A stretch of DNA of 64,000 nt. Origin: a virus (lineage: Duplodnaviria > Caudoviricetes). The stretch is taken from the IMG/VR virus record IMGVR_UViG_3300010885_080481; one strand, written 5' to 3'. The notes below the pieces were generated by a model. That model was not told the DNA's origin, did no database searches, and saw only the letters and a list, made by a program, of their open reading frames with translations. Shown here piece after piece: positions 47,082 through 57,550 of this stretch (the first letter of the stretch is position 1; each line of letters begins with the position of its first letter). Made by a program: the position numbers and the translations under genes.

Positions 47082-49343
47082 GTGGCTCCAAAGATCTCCG
47101 TAATCATCCCGCACTTGTCCGAGGTTGGAAGCACCGACCTACCTGAAAGAGAAGATGGCCTTCGTAGGTGCATCGAGTCGATAGACAGGCAGGTTGGATT
47201 CCTTCACAGCGACATAGAGAAGATCGTCTTAGATGGCCCAGGAACGGTGCCCGAAAAGGTAGTTGCCGGGCTCAAGAAGTCTTCAGGAGATTACATCGTC
47301 TTTGCCGCAAACGACGTTGAGTTCTCGATGGATTCTTTTCGCCTCGCTGTGAAAGATTCCACAGAAAACAACAAGGCTCTCGTTGCCTTTGATGGTGGCT
47401 CTGTGCTGCCTGACGAAGGAAACATCTGCGAGCACTTCTTGATCAGGAAGGACTTTGTTCCATCACTCGAAGATGGCCAGATCTTCAGCACCGACTTTCA
47501 CCACGTTGGTTGTGATAACTGGCTGTGGGCCCAGGCAAAAAGGTTGGGCCAGGCCATGAGATCGCCTCGCGCAAAGATCACACACCACCACTTCTCAAAG
47601 AATAGAGGGACGAAGGATGCCGTGTACGAGCTTGGGTGGTCAAGAGCAGAAGAAGACAGAAAAATGTTGGGGGAAAAGATAGAAAAGCTCAAGAACAACA
47701 GGACCTACTCTAACAATTGGTTCGAATTAAGAATTGGTAACTTTGAAAACTTTATTTCAAAATTTTCTGGGCGTCAGGTGCGTTGCCTGGAGGTTGGTTC
47801 CTTTGAAGGGCAATCAGCCAACTGGATCGTGGAGAACTGGTGCACGCATGCAGGCTCTCACCTGACCTGTGTGGATCCTTTTACGGGAAGCGTGGAGCAC
47901 AGTTCGGAAGAAAAGGAAGGCCTTTTTGAACGGTTCGAACGCAACACGGTGGGCAATTCCACAAAGATCAAGGTGATAAAGATGGAATCTCACGTGGCGC
48001 TTCGGCGGTTGATCGCCACCGGAGAAAAGTTTGATTTTATCTACATAGATGGCGATCACCACAGGGATGCAGTGGCCAAGGATGCCGAACTTGCACACCA
48101 ACTGCTAGTACCAGGTGGCCTTCTTGCCTTCGATGATTACACTTGGGGTGCCGGGCTTGAATCCTGGCAGAAGCCTCAGGAAGCCATCGATGATTTCTTG
48201 AGTGCCATGGGGGATGAGTACGAGGTGGCCATCAAGAACGCCCAGGTGTTCGCTTGGAAAAAAAGGCCGCGGATCGGAAAGACTCCGCGGCCAAAAATAG
48301 CTGTGTACGCAATATCCAAGAACGAAAGCAAGTTCGTGGAGAGGTTTTGCAGATCCTGCAGGGATGCCGATCTCATCGTGATCACCGATACCGGAAGCAC
48401 TGATGGAACGGTGGAGGCGGCAAGAGCTTTAAACGCGGTGGTGCACTCGGTGTCTATATCTCCCTGGAGGTTCGACATAGCCCGCAACGCCTCGATCGCC
48501 TTGATCCCATCCGACATTGACATCTGTGTCAACCTGGACCTGGACGAGGTGCTAGAACCTGGTTGGAGGGAAGAGATCGAAAAGCTGTGGAAGCCTGGCA
48601 CCACTCGACTTCGTTACCTGTTTGATTGGGGCAGCGGGGTACGGTTCATGTCCAACAAGATCCATTCCCGCAATGGGTACATGTGGAAGCACCCCTGCCA
48701 CGAGCTTCTTGTTCCTGATCCACGAACCACCGAGGTGTATGCCCACACCGAAAAGCTGCTGGTTCGCCACCTTCCGGACCCAACCAAGAGTCGTGGCCAG
48801 TACATCGATCTCCTGGAGATAGGTGTGAAGGAGGATCCGTACTGCCCACGAAACTCCTTCTACTACGCTCGCGAGCTCACCTTCTATAATCGGCACACTG
48901 ATGCCCTCAAGGAGCTCAAGAGGTACCTGGATCTTCCAACCGCCACGTGGGCTGATGAACGGGCTTTTGCGATGAGGCTGCTTGGATCCACGTACCATGC
49001 CCTTGGGAACAAAGAGCTGGCTTTGGATTGGTACACGAGAGGAGCAGCGGAGGCACCTCATCGCAGAGAATCCTGGTTTGCCCTGGCCGAACACTGCTAC
49101 AAGGTAGGCACGTGGGATACCTGTTACGATGCAGCCACGCGCTGCATATCCACCCCAAACAGTAACCAGTGGCCAACTGATTCCAGGGCGAGCAGCGCGG
49201 CTCCTCATGATATCGCCGCCATCGCCGCGCACCACCTAGGAAAGAAGGAAGAATCGGTGAAACACGGAAGGGCTGCCTTGGAGCTATCTCCGGGAGATGA
49301 GCGGCTCAAGGCCAACATGAGATGGTATCTCGGCGAGAAGTGA
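47082..49343 (+). CDS. Multidomain GT2 - methyltransferase - GT2 - TPR fusion protein
   Basis: GT-A #1 (ISVIIP, GDYIVFAANDVEF, DFHHVGCDNWL); Methyltransf_24-like (LEVGSFEGQS, FDFIYIDGDH, LAFDDY); GT2 #2 (YAISKNE, DTGSTDGT, WRFD.ARN, VNLDLDE, HELL); TPR helices (FYYAREL, AP.RRE.W). GTG start. Confidence 0.9.
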   Translation: MAPKISVIIPHLSEVGSTDLPEREDGLRRCIESIDRQVGFLHSDIEKIVLDGPGTVPEKVVAGLKKSSGDYIVFAANDVEFSMDSFRLAVKDSTENNKALVAFDGGSVLPDEGNICEHFLIRKDFVPSLEDGQIFSTDFHHVGCDNWLWAQAKRLGQAMRSPRAKITHHHFSKNRGTKDAVYELGWSRAEEDRKMLGEKIEKLKNNRTYSNNWFELRIGNFENFISKFSGRQVRCLEVGSFEGQSANWIVENWCTHAGSHLTCVDPFTGSVEHSSEEKEGLFERFERNTVGNSTKIKVIKMESHVALRRLIATGEKFDFIYIDGDHHRDAVAKDAELAHQLLVPGGLLAFDDYTWGAGLESWQKPQEAIDDFLSAMGDEYEVAIKNAQVFAWKKRPRIGKTPRPKIAVYAISKNESKFVERFCRSCRDADLIVITDTGSTDGTVEAARALNAVVHSVSISPWRFDIARNASIALIPSDIDICVNLDLDEVLEPGWREEIEKLWKPGTTRLRYLFDWGSGVRFMSNKIHSRNGYMWKHPCHELLVPDPRTTEVYAHTEKLLVRHLPDPTKSRGQYIDLLEIGVKEDPYCPRNSFYYARELTFYNRHTDALKELKRYLDLPTATWADERAFAMRLLGSTYHALGNKELALDWYTRGAAEAPHRRESWFALAEHCYKVGTWDTCYDAATRCISTPNSNQWPTDSRASSAAPHDIAAIAAHHLGKKEESVKHGRAALELSPGDERLKANMRWYLGEK

Positions 49344-49387
49344 CATATTTCCGCGCTAAATGATACATAGAAATTAGAGAAGAAAAC

Positions 49388-51712
49388 ATGGCACTAGTAA
49401 CGAACAACATCTCAGGATCCTCATCCGGTAGCCGCATCGGAATCACCGGCAGCGTTATCTTTGCGAACCAACCAGGTCCGCAGTTCCCGCCGATGCCAGG
49501 AACCGATGTTACTTTCTTCGTTTCAGGTTCCTCCACGGAACGATCTGTGTTCGGTGGAAACATGGTGGTTTCAGGAACCTTGTTCGTGGATGGCGATACC
49601 TACATTGGCGATTCAAGCTCCGATAAGCTCATCATCTCGGCCTCAACTTCCTTTCTTGGCGATCTATTCGAGATGACAGGTTCCCTAACGGTTACCGGTG
49701 GAATCTCTGGTTCGCTCACCCGCCTATCGAACGGAACCTCGTACCTCATTGCGGGAGATAACGTCACAGTCACATCCAGCTCCTCCGGACAAATCACCAT
49801 CTCTTCGATCCAGGGCCCCGCTTATTGGGAATCTGTCCAGACAGACGTCATCTTCACAACAGGTTCGGTCGAGATGACAGGATCGCTCACTGTCAAGTCC
49901 AACTTCATACTTGACGGAACTTTCAGACAGGGAGACACCAACCTCGTCACGGGCCTCGTTTCTCACGCGCAAGGATTCTTGACCACTGGTTCAGGAAACT
50001 ATTCGCATGCAGAGGGTTTTGTCACCATCGCTTCTGGTGACTATTCCCATGCCGAAGGAGAACAAACTCTAGCCTTGGGGCAATCTTCACATGCTGAAGG
50101 CCACTATACCTTGGCCCTTGGCGACAAATCCCATGCAGAAGGTTATCTCACCACGGGTTCGGGTGTTTCTTCTCACGCCGAGGGTGGAGAAACGTGGGCC
50201 ATCGGAATCTACTCTCATGCTGAAGGCTATAGGACTATCGCATCGGGAACTTTCTCTCACGCCGAAGGCCACGAATCTTATGCGTCAGGTACTCAATCCC
50301 ACGCAGAAGGCTATCACTCGTTAGCCATCGGCGTGAGTTCACACGCTGAAGGTTACTTCACCACAGCTTCGGCAGATGATTCTCACTCGGAAGGCTTCAG
50401 GACTATAACTTATGGTTATGCTTCCCACGCCGAAGGCAGCGAGACGATAGCATGGGGTGTAAAATCTCATGCCGAAGGTTTCAACACCCTTGCATACGGA
50501 GACGGCTCACACGCCGAAGGAAGCTTCACGACTGCATCTTTGTTTGTGTCCCATGCCGAGGGTCAAAACACTCATGCATCAGGTTCGTCCTCCCATGCCG
50601 AAGGTTACTACTCAATAACATTCGGATTCGGATCACATGCTGAAGGTTACATCACTACTGCCTCAGTAGATTATTCTCACGCTGAGGGAAACCAAACGCA
50701 CGCATCTGGCAACTTTTCACACGCTGAAGGTGGAAATACCCTAACGATCGGTGAATCCAGCCATGCTGAAGGTGGTAGCACCACTACCATAGGTTTCGCT
50801 TCCCATGCCGAAGGATTTTTTACTACAACAACAGGCCTAGGAAGCCACGCTGAAGGAGGCTACTCAACTGCTGCTGGATCGGTTTCCCACGCTGAGGGTG
50901 CTTATACACTTACAACTTCTGAAGCCGCTCACGCAGAGGGTTACCTCACGACAGGATCCGGTTTAGGATCACACTCTGAGGGTTACCTCACAATCGCGTC
51001 GGGAAATTATTCACATGCTGGTGGCATTGGAACCATCGCGTCGGGTTCCGGTCAGACAGTTTTCGGGTCCTACAATACACGTGATAACGACTTCTCGCTC
51101 TTCGTGATTGGTGACGGGACAGGAGACGCAGACATCGACCGAAGCGATGTTTTCAGGGTGAACACGGACAGAGTCGAGGTGACAGGTTCACTCTCCGTCA
51201 CTGGCTCGCTAGATCTGACGGGTTCCTTCTTTGCCGTGGGCGACATCCTAGAGATGACAGGCTCTATCGCTGCCACGCTTGGATTCAGCGGGTCATTGAC
51301 AAAGTTGACTGATGGTACCTCATATCTTGTCGCCGGAGCAAACGTGACGATCGCATCGGCTTCGAATGGAGCCGTAACAATCGGCTTGATGCCTTCTCTT
51401 ACCGGTTCTTTCTCAGGAACATTTAGTCACACGACCTACGCATTCACGGGAACGGGTCCTTTCACGGCGTCGCTCAGAAGTTTCTTCCTAGTCGACGTCG
51501 ACACCGACCCCACGACCCTCTACCTCCCATCAGCAGCACCAAATGGTTTCCAGGTCATTGTGAAACGCCACGACCCGACCGCGAACAACAGGGTGTTGTG
51601 GGTCTCTGGGTCCAACTCCGACACCGTCGACGACATCGGAGGTACAACGATATCAGCGAACTACGGTTCGTCTACTTTCATCAAGTTGGGGTCAGGTTGG
51701 TACATCACCTGA
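49388..51712 (+). CDS. Tail fibre/adhesin with YadA-head-like SHAEG repeats
   Basis: 26 tandem 14-aa repeats flanked by modules shared with neighbouring fibre genes. Confidence 0.85.
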   Translation: MALVTNNISGSSSGSRIGITGSVIFANQPGPQFPPMPGTDVTFFVSGSSTERSVFGGNMVVSGTLFVDGDTYIGDSSSDKLIISASTSFLGDLFEMTGSLTVTGGISGSLTRLSNGTSYLIAGDNVTVTSSSSGQITISSIQGPAYWESVQTDVIFTTGSVEMTGSLTVKSNFILDGTFRQGDTNLVTGLVSHAQGFLTTGSGNYSHAEGFVTIASGDYSHAEGEQTLALGQSSHAEGHYTLALGDKSHAEGYLTTGSGVSSHAEGGETWAIGIYSHAEGYRTIASGTFSHAEGHESYASGTQSHAEGYHSLAIGVSSHAEGYFTTASADDSHSEGFRTITYGYASHAEGSETIAWGVKSHAEGFNTLAYGDGSHAEGSFTTASLFVSHAEGQNTHASGSSSHAEGYYSITFGFGSHAEGYITTASVDYSHAEGNQTHASGNFSHAEGGNTLTIGESSHAEGGSTTTIGFASHAEGFFTTTTGLGSHAEGGYSTAAGSVSHAEGAYTLTTSEAAHAEGYLTTGSGLGSHSEGYLTIASGNYSHAGGIGTIASGSGQTVFGSYNTRDNDFSLFVIGDGTGDADIDRSDVFRVNTDRVEVTGSLSVTGSLDLTGSFFAVGDILEMTGSIAATLGFSGSLTKLTDGTSYLVAGANVTIASASNGAVTIGLMPSLTGSFSGTFSHTTYAFTGTGPFTASLRSFFLVDVDTDPTTLYLPSAAPNGFQVIVKRHDPTANNRVLWVSGSNSDTVDDIGGTTISANYGSSTFIKLGSGWYIT
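49961..51052 (+). repeat. 26 x 42-bp degenerate repeat encoding SHAEGxxTxAxGxx
   Basis: Exact 14-aa period from SHAQG (49961) to SHAGG (51011); conserved at protein level and diverged at DNA level. Confidence 0.95.
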
Positions 51713-51730
51713 GAAATTCGGAGGAAAATC

Positions 51731-52981
51731 ATGTCGCATCTAATATCAACGCCGCCTTTCTTCGGAAGGGTAATCCAAGTCGACGCCATCAACGGCAACG
51801 ACTCGACCGGAAAGAGGGGACGGTCTCCCTTCAAGACCATCAACGCCGCGGTCTCGGCCTCGACGTCAGGAGACACGATCTGGGTGTCGCCCGGCACTTA
51901 TGAATTGACCTCTCCCATCACACTGACGAACGGAACTGCCCTCCGCGGCATGAGTCTACAGACGACCCTGATACAGATGACCAACGTGACAGGGGACACG
52001 ACTCTTCTGACGATGGGAGAAAACTGTCGCGTGGAGGACGTGACTCTGACGTTGACGTCCACCGGACACCACACCCTCGTCGGAGTCGACTTCCCAGGTA
52101 CATCTTCAGTCACGTCGAAACTCCGACCGACAGTCGTCACGGTCGACAACTCCTCTGCGTCGACGGGCGGGTCCTCGAACGTCTACGGCGTCCTGTGCTC
52201 AGGGACAGGTTCGCTGGGGACTGGTAACTTCTCGTTCAACTCCCTGAAGGGTATTACGGTCAATGTCCGCTCGGCGGGAGGCGGCAATAAGCGGGGGATC
52301 TACGTCACCGGAGCCGGGGCAATAACCACTCGTGACTTCAACCTGTACGTGACGGGATCTGCCGCAGGAGGCGGGTCGTTCGTCGGGGTCGAGACCGTCA
52401 ATCCCGCGGGACAGGTTCAGCTCAGATCCTCTACAGTATACGGCATGACGTCCGACATTAAGCAGAGCTCAGGGTCGATCGAGTTGGGACCAGGAACCGA
52501 CCTCGTCAACAAGACAGCGGGTGGAAAAAACTTCACTACTTATGTGTATCCCACCACAATCTTCTACGGCTGCATAGGATCGCTTAGTTCGTCATACGAT
52601 CCGGTGGTCGCTAACTACACGGCGTACCTCACACCGGGTGCCGGAACTGTACAGGCTGCAGCTACATCTCCGAGAGTAATCCACAGATTTCCTGACAAAG
52701 ATATCAACTTCTATTCGTCCCAACAGAAGGCGATCTGCTTCGGGTTGTTTGTCTCTGCTTCTATGGGTCCAGGCGCACCCGGGAACGTAACAAAAGTTGT
52801 GGTAATGAAAAATCGTGTTGACACACTTCTTACAGGAAGTTTGACCGGCAGCATGTTAGACGCAAGAAATTACAGCATATCCACCGACTTCAACCAATTC
52901 GACCTCCTGTCACTCAGGTTGGAATACACGGGATCGACGAACACAACCCATGACCTTTTCTGTCAGGTCGACATGTACTAA
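51731..52981 (+). CDS. Right-handed beta-helix (pectate-lyase-like) fibre/tailspike protein
   Basis: VDAINGNDS...PFKTINAAV...GDTIWVSPGTY (DUF1565-like start), then beta-helix-like Thr/Gly/Val-rich repeats; GGAGG SD. Confidence 0.65.
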   Translation: MSHLISTPPFFGRVIQVDAINGNDSTGKRGRSPFKTINAAVSASTSGDTIWVSPGTYELTSPITLTNGTALRGMSLQTTLIQMTNVTGDTTLLTMGENCRVEDVTLTLTSTGHHTLVGVDFPGTSSVTSKLRPTVVTVDNSSASTGGSSNVYGVLCSGTGSLGTGNFSFNSLKGITVNVRSAGGGNKRGIYVTGAGAITTRDFNLYVTGSAAGGGSFVGVETVNPAGQVQLRSSTVYGMTSDIKQSSGSIELGPGTDLVNKTAGGKNFTTYVYPTTIFYGCIGSLSSSYDPVVANYTAYLTPGAGTVQAAATSPRVIHRFPDKDINFYSSQQKAICFGLFVSASMGPGAPGNVTKVVVMKNRVDTLLTGSLTGSMLDARNYSISTDFNQFDLLSLRLEYTGSTNTTHDLFCQVDMY

Positions 52982-53018
52982 TTCGTCACATTTTGTAACG
53001 TCGCTGAAAGGTTAGATT

Positions 53019-53987
53019 ATGCCTGTTAAATTTAGAAGAGTTGGAATAACCAATAACATTTATAATTCTGGATTTCCGGTTGGGAGACCAGCACTTGGTC
53101 CTGCTGGGCCGCAAGGAGAAACAGGACTAGCTGGTCCGACCGGACCTACCGGTCCAACAGGTCCGACCGGATCTGTTGGTCCAACTGGTACAGCTGGTTC
53201 CGCTGGTCCGCAAGGACCGACTGGGCCATCAGGATCGACTGGGTCGCAAGGTGATAAAGGCGAAACAGGAGCCGCTGGCGATCGAGGAGAGACAGGGCCG
53301 ACAGGACCTGCTGGTTCGACAGGTCCTCAGGGTGACAGAGGCGACAATGGTGCTACGGGAGCAACCGGTGATAGAGGAGAAGCAGGACCGACAGGCCCGT
53401 CTGGGTCTACAGGACCTCAAGGTGACAGAGGCGACAATGGTGCTACAGGCGATCAAGGTCCCACAGGCGCCGCAGGGCCGACTGGTCCGACAGGACCTCA
53501 AGGTAATCGTGGCGATAACGGCGCGACGGGTGCCACGGGTGCCACGGGCGCCACGGGTGATCGCGGCGAAGTAGGCGCTACAGGGGCGACTGGCCCTACG
53601 GGGACAGCCGTCGGAAGTTTCTTGTTTTACTTTGGTGCTACAAGCATAAGCATTGATGCAACGAGATACTTGTATCCGGGAAGCTCCACTTCTGCAGCAT
53701 CATCTACCATCGTCCAAATTCCTATGCCAATAAGAGGTAATATCACTAAAATGTACCTTGCTCAATTAGCTGGTTCAGGAACTCGATCTATTGATTATAA
53801 ACTTTACGTAAATGGATCTGCATCAGGCATGGGCGTATCAACAACCACTAGTGGCACCGACGCAAATACCACAGACTCTATCTCGATATCCTTAGGCGAT
53901 AAAATTGCCGTGGCATCAGTACCAGCTGCAGGGACGGGCACAACTCCATCTAATATAATGATAGTAGTAGTTCTTGAGCCTACGTGA
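53019..53987 (+). CDS. Collagen-like protein with C-terminal beta-sandwich (BclA-like architecture)
   Basis: 26-aa N-terminus, 57 uninterrupted Gly-X-Y triplets, ~125-aa beta-rich C-terminus. Confidence 0.85.
   Translation: MPVKFRRVGITNNIYNSGFPVGRPALGPAGPQGETGLAGPTGPTGPTGPTGSVGPTGTAGSAGPQGPTGPSGSTGSQGDKGETGAAGDRGETGPTGPAGSTGPQGDRGDNGATGATGDRGEAGPTGPSGSTGPQGDRGDNGATGDQGPTGAAGPTGPTGPQGNRGDNGATGATGATGATGDRGEVGATGATGPTGTAVGSFLFYFGATSISIDATRYLYPGSSTSAASSTIVQIPMPIRGNITKMYLAQLAGSGTRSIDYKLYVNGSASGMGVSTTTSGTDANTTDSISISLGDKIAVASVPAAGTGTTPSNIMIVVVLEPT
53097..53609 (+). repeat. Collagen Gly-X-Y tract (57 triplets) with an internal ~90-bp duplication
   Basis: GDRGE(T/A)GPTGP(A/S)[15 protein letters not shown] occurs twice with a 30-aa period. 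Confidence 0.95.
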
Positions 53988-54030
53988 TTCCGCAATTTAC
54001 TTTAACAAAAACAGAAATATCATATAAGTC

Positions 54031-54210
54031 ATGCCAGCAACAACAGATGTATTATTGGTGAAGATAAAGCAGCTAGAGCTTCAAATCCAGGAAATCATTA
54101 AAAAAGGTCACGATGCGTCTGCTTTACAAGAGCAATTGAATGAAATGAAAAATTCTTTCATTCTAAAAAACGAAGCTCTAGGCAATAAATCCAACATTCT
54201 AAAAGGTTAA
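54031..54210 (+). CDS. Small coiled-coil protein (59 aa; below the ORF-track cutoff)
   Basis: MPATTDVLLVKIKQLELQIQEIIKKG...ILKG*; fills the gap between 53987 and 54223. Confidence 0.6.
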   Translation: MPATTDVLLVKIKQLELQIQEIIKKGHDASALQEQLNEMKNSFILKNEALGNKSNILKG

Positions 54211-54222
54211 TAAAAATAACAT

Positions 54223-54441
54223 ATGCAAAAGGTAGACTTATATCAGCCCATGATCAGCGCCCGTGTTGGAGCACCACCGTTGGTTCTTAACGTAGGTGTA
54301 CAAAGAAGCTCAGCAGAAATCATGGGAGGTCCAGTGGAGAATGCTCTCCGCGCCGAATATTATGTGTTGTTGTCAGCTCTTCCTGATGAACTAAGAGAAA
54401 GAGTCAAGACGGCAGTGCAAGCAATTTTGTCTTCTACGTGA
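54223..54441 (+). CDS. Hypothetical protein (72 aa)
   Basis: ORF coupled to the endolysin gene. Confidence 0.6.
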   Translation: MQKVDLYQPMISARVGAPPLVLNVGVQRSSAEIMGGPVENALRAEYYVLLSALPDELRERVKTAVQAILSST

Positions 54442-54444
54442 ATT

Positions 54445-55233
54445 ATGAAAACGTTGTATCCAGGAATGAAAGGTGCCGATGTAAAGCGTTGGCAAATTTT
54501 TCTTAGAGGATTATTCAATGACTCCAATGTGATCGTCAATGGAGAATATGACTCCGTTACTCTTGAGGCAACACGAGCATTTCAAGCCTCTAAGGATCTT
54601 GACGCAGATGGTATCGTAGGTCCTAAAACCATATCTGCAGCTTTATTAGACGGATTCGACGTAATGAAAGATAATTCATCTGGAGAATTTGGACCTAACT
54701 GGCCTTCTAGACCTGTGAATAACCCGTTGACTCCTCTTGAAAGAATGCGTTTGTTTGGGAAATTTTCTTTTATTTCGTCCCCAACGCAGACAAATCCAGA
54801 GTCGATTAAGATTACTGATAATTGGTCGAAAGACAACATAATCGTGGTGCAAGTCCCTCAACTAGTGGGGATCCCAGGATCTTTACATGACGGGACAGCC
54901 CACGTTCATAGAAAGATATCAAGACAATTCTTGAAATTGTTTGATGATTGGCAATCAGCAAATTTAACTGAAAAAATTCTAGCCTGGGGTGGGTCATGGG
55001 TGCCGAGGTTCGTGAGAGGGTCAAGGACTTCTTTATCTAATCATGCTTGGGGCACGGCCTTTGATATAAATCACCAATGGAACGGGCTGGGTGTCCGTCC
55101 TGCACTTCGAGATGAAAAAGGATCGGTTAGAGAACTAGTCGATATTGCATATCAAAACGGATTTTATTGGGGAGGATGGTTCAAATCTAGACCTGATGGA
55201 ATGCATTTTGAGGCTTACAAAATAATCGAGTGA
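54445..55233 (+). CDS. Endolysin: peptidoglycan-binding domain plus M15 Zn peptidase
   Basis: G..G.DVKRWQ..L, FQ....L.ADGIVGPKT (PG_binding_1); SNHAWGTAFDIN, WGG.F, DGMHFE (M15). Confidence 0.9.
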   Translation: MKTLYPGMKGADVKRWQIFLRGLFNDSNVIVNGEYDSVTLEATRAFQASKDLDADGIVGPKTISAALLDGFDVMKDNSSGEFGPNWPSRPVNNPLTPLERMRLFGKFSFISSPTQTNPESIKITDNWSKDNIIVVQVPQLVGIPGSLHDGTAHVHRKISRQFLKLFDDWQSANLTEKILAWGGSWVPRFVRGSRTSLSNHAWGTAFDINHQWNGLGVRPALRDEKGSVRELVDIAYQNGFYWGGWFKSRPDGMHFEAYKIIE

Positions 55234-55251
55234 CTATTTAATCAACACTAT

Positions 55252-55632
55252 ATGGCATTCAGAGACGCATCGCGAACCAGAAAAGCTTACTCGTACTATA
55301 GACCTAGACCACAAATCCAGATGGTAACAAGTGTAGCTGAGACCAAAAGTCTTCTACAGCAGATCAGCAACTTAGCCTCGCTCACTACTGTTTCCATGAT
55401 ATGGAATGAAACGCTTTCAGGACCGGCTGACGATTCAAACATGACTTTTGAATTGTCTTATACTCCTGTTGCTGACACCGAAATAATGTTGTTCATAAAC
55501 GGAGTTCTTCAACATAGAAATAATGGAGAAAACAAAGATTTTAGCATATCAGGCAAAGTAATCACCATGAATTTTCCTCCGCACACGGGAGATGAAGTCA
55601 CCGCGACATATGCGTACGATCCTTCAGCTTAA
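55252..55632 (+). CDS. Small virion structural protein
   Basis: F.L...P.....LFINGVLQ...DF.ISG..IT.N.PP..GD.V.ATY module; N-terminal motif shared with 44577. Confidence 0.65.
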   Translation: MAFRDASRTRKAYSYYRPRPQIQMVTSVAETKSLLQQISNLASLTTVSMIWNETLSGPADDSNMTFELSYTPVADTEIMLFINGVLQHRNNGENKDFSISGKVITMNFPPHTGDEVTATYAYDPSA

Positions 55633-55691
55633 TTTGAATCATTCTTGATAGATTCTTCATAAATTCGTGGCTGTCGCTGATACGTAGTATT

Positions 55692-56867
55692 ATGGCTACG
55701 TTTTCTGAGACTATTAACCCAACGCCTTTTGGTTTTTTCGATTCAGATACAAATTTTCAATCTGAAGCCGATGCCATGGTTCTTTTCGTTAAACGTAAGC
55801 TAGGAGACGATGTTCTTTCAGTCGAGTTAACGAAAAAAGAGATATGGGCATGCTTTGAAGAGGCATGCTGTGAGTATAGTCGTCTAATACATGAAACAAA
55901 AATCACTTCTGAGTTGACCAACCTTTTGGGCCTTCCCACGGGATCTGCCGACATTACCAACAGATATGCTAAAATGACGTTGGATCATTTACTTAGGCTA
56001 GCAGAACCCTATGCTTCAAATGCATTTGTTGGAGGTTCTTACGATGCAACTTTGGGGTACATAGATTTAATTGCAGGCCGCCAAGATTACGACATTTATT
56101 CTGACGTCAAGGATAACGAAACCGGGATAGGAATTTATGATAGTATGCCTTCCGGGTCCAAGGGAAAGCTAAAGGTTGTAGAGGTATTTCATTTTGAACC
56201 GTTGGCTGCTCAGCAATTTTTATTGAATGCATCGAATATTACGAACTTTTTGGCGACGAATTTTAATTACGAATCTTACGTAAATTCGACGGTTTTTTAT
56301 GTGTTACCTGTATTTGAAGACGTTCTTAGAAGAGGAATGTTGGAAACAGCTTTTAGGGTAAGAAGGTCCAATTACAGCTATGAAATTTTAGGTAGGAAAT
56401 TGAGAATTTTTCCTATTCCGACGACCGATTTGCAAACAGGACGTCTGTATATGAAACTTATGAAACCTCAGAATCCATTGTCACCATCATATCATGATGA
56501 TTCAATATATGGAGTATCTGGACCCAGCAACGTACCATTGGGTAACATACCATTTAAATCAATAAATCAACCTGGAAGACAGTGGATACGACAGATGACC
56601 CTCGCGTTGAGCAAAGAACTTTTAGGGTTAATTCGTTCTAAATTTCAAACAGTCCCCATCCCCAATGCAGATCTGCAACTCAATGGTGATGCTCTTATCT
56701 CACAGGCTCGTGAAGACAAAGACAAATTAACGACGCAAATGAAAGAATTTTTGGCTAACTTGACGTACCAAAAGTTGATGGAAGCTGATGCATTGGCGGC
56801 AGAAAACATAAATAAGCAATTACGTTTTATACCTATGCCGCTCGGAAAAGCCATTAGCATAGGATGA
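55692..56867 (+). CDS. Neck/head-tail adaptor protein (T4 gp13-like)
   Basis: KRKLG..V.SVELT...I.ACFEEA; W.R..TLALSKE.LG..RSKF...P.P...LQLNG..L...A..DK. Upstream of the gp14-, gp15-like and sheath genes. Confidence 0.75.
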   Translation: MATFSETINPTPFGFFDSDTNFQSEADAMVLFVKRKLGDDVLSVELTKKEIWACFEEACCEYSRLIHETKITSELTNLLGLPTGSADITNRYAKMTLDHLLRLAEPYASNAFVGGSYDATLGYIDLIAGRQDYDIYSDVKDNETGIGIYDSMPSGSKGKLKVVEVFHFEPLAAQQFLLNASNITNFLATNFNYESYVNSTVFYVLPVFEDVLRRGMLETAFRVRRSNYSYEILGRKLRIFPIPTTDLQTGRLYMKLMKPQNPLSPSYHDDSIYGVSGPSNVPLGNIPFKSINQPGRQWIRQMTLALSKELLGLIRSKFQTVPIPNADLQLNGDALISQAREDKDKLTTQMKEFLANLTYQKLMEADALAAENINKQLRFIPMPLGKAISIG

Positions 56868-56878
56868 AAGGATGACCT

Positions 56879-57547
56879 ATGGCTCGCCTTTTTATTACTC
56901 AAAGAGAAATAAATTTTATATCAGACATCACAAAAGAAGTAATAAAGGATGTCATAGGTCAAAAAATCTATTACTATCCCATCTCTGAAACAAAAACAAA
57001 AACTCACACAGTCTATGCAGAAGCTATCCAAAAGATATTCGACAATCCTTTGATAATAGATGCGATTGTTAGCAGCCAGTTCCAAATAGACACGAAGATA
57101 GATAAATTCGGTATAGACACCAATTTCAAATCTGAAGTCTTCATTCAACACAGAGACATGGTAGAAAAAGGCATATCTCCTGCAATAGGAGATTATTACT
57201 CTTTCAGCGACGTGTTTTATGAAATAACTGAATACAGATACATGCGTAACATCTACGGTCAACCTGAAAACATCGACGGAATTGCGCTTGTGGGAACCAG
57301 AGTTCGTGAAAGCCAGTTCAAGACGATTCTCAAGGGTCCGACAGACATTGTCTACACAGATCCAGATGCAGCTCAAACAACTTTCGTACAACAACGTGGA
57401 TTTGCTGATAATGCCGATGGCCCCACCGCCGACGTTAGAGACCTGGTGAGGCAAGGAGTTCTCGATCCGCCAATCACGGGTCCCAGGGAAGTATCACCTC
57501 GCGGAGACTCTACGGGAGCCGGCAACTCTTTTTATGATGAGGAATGA
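56879..57547 (+). CDS. Neck/head-closure protein (T4 gp14-like)
   Basis: E.I.DVIGQ.IYYY, KFGID, P.IGD...F.D.FYEI; synteny. Confidence 0.65.
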   Translation: MARLFITQREINFISDITKEVIKDVIGQKIYYYPISETKTKTHTVYAEAIQKIFDNPLIIDAIVSSQFQIDTKIDKFGIDTNFKSEVFIQHRDMVEKGISPAIGDYYSFSDVFYEITEYRYMRNIYGQPENIDGIALVGTRVRESQFKTILKGPTDIVYTDPDAAQTTFVQQRGFADNADGPTADVRDLVRQGVLDPPITGPREVSPRGDSTGAGNSFYDEE

Positions 57548-57550
57548 AGC

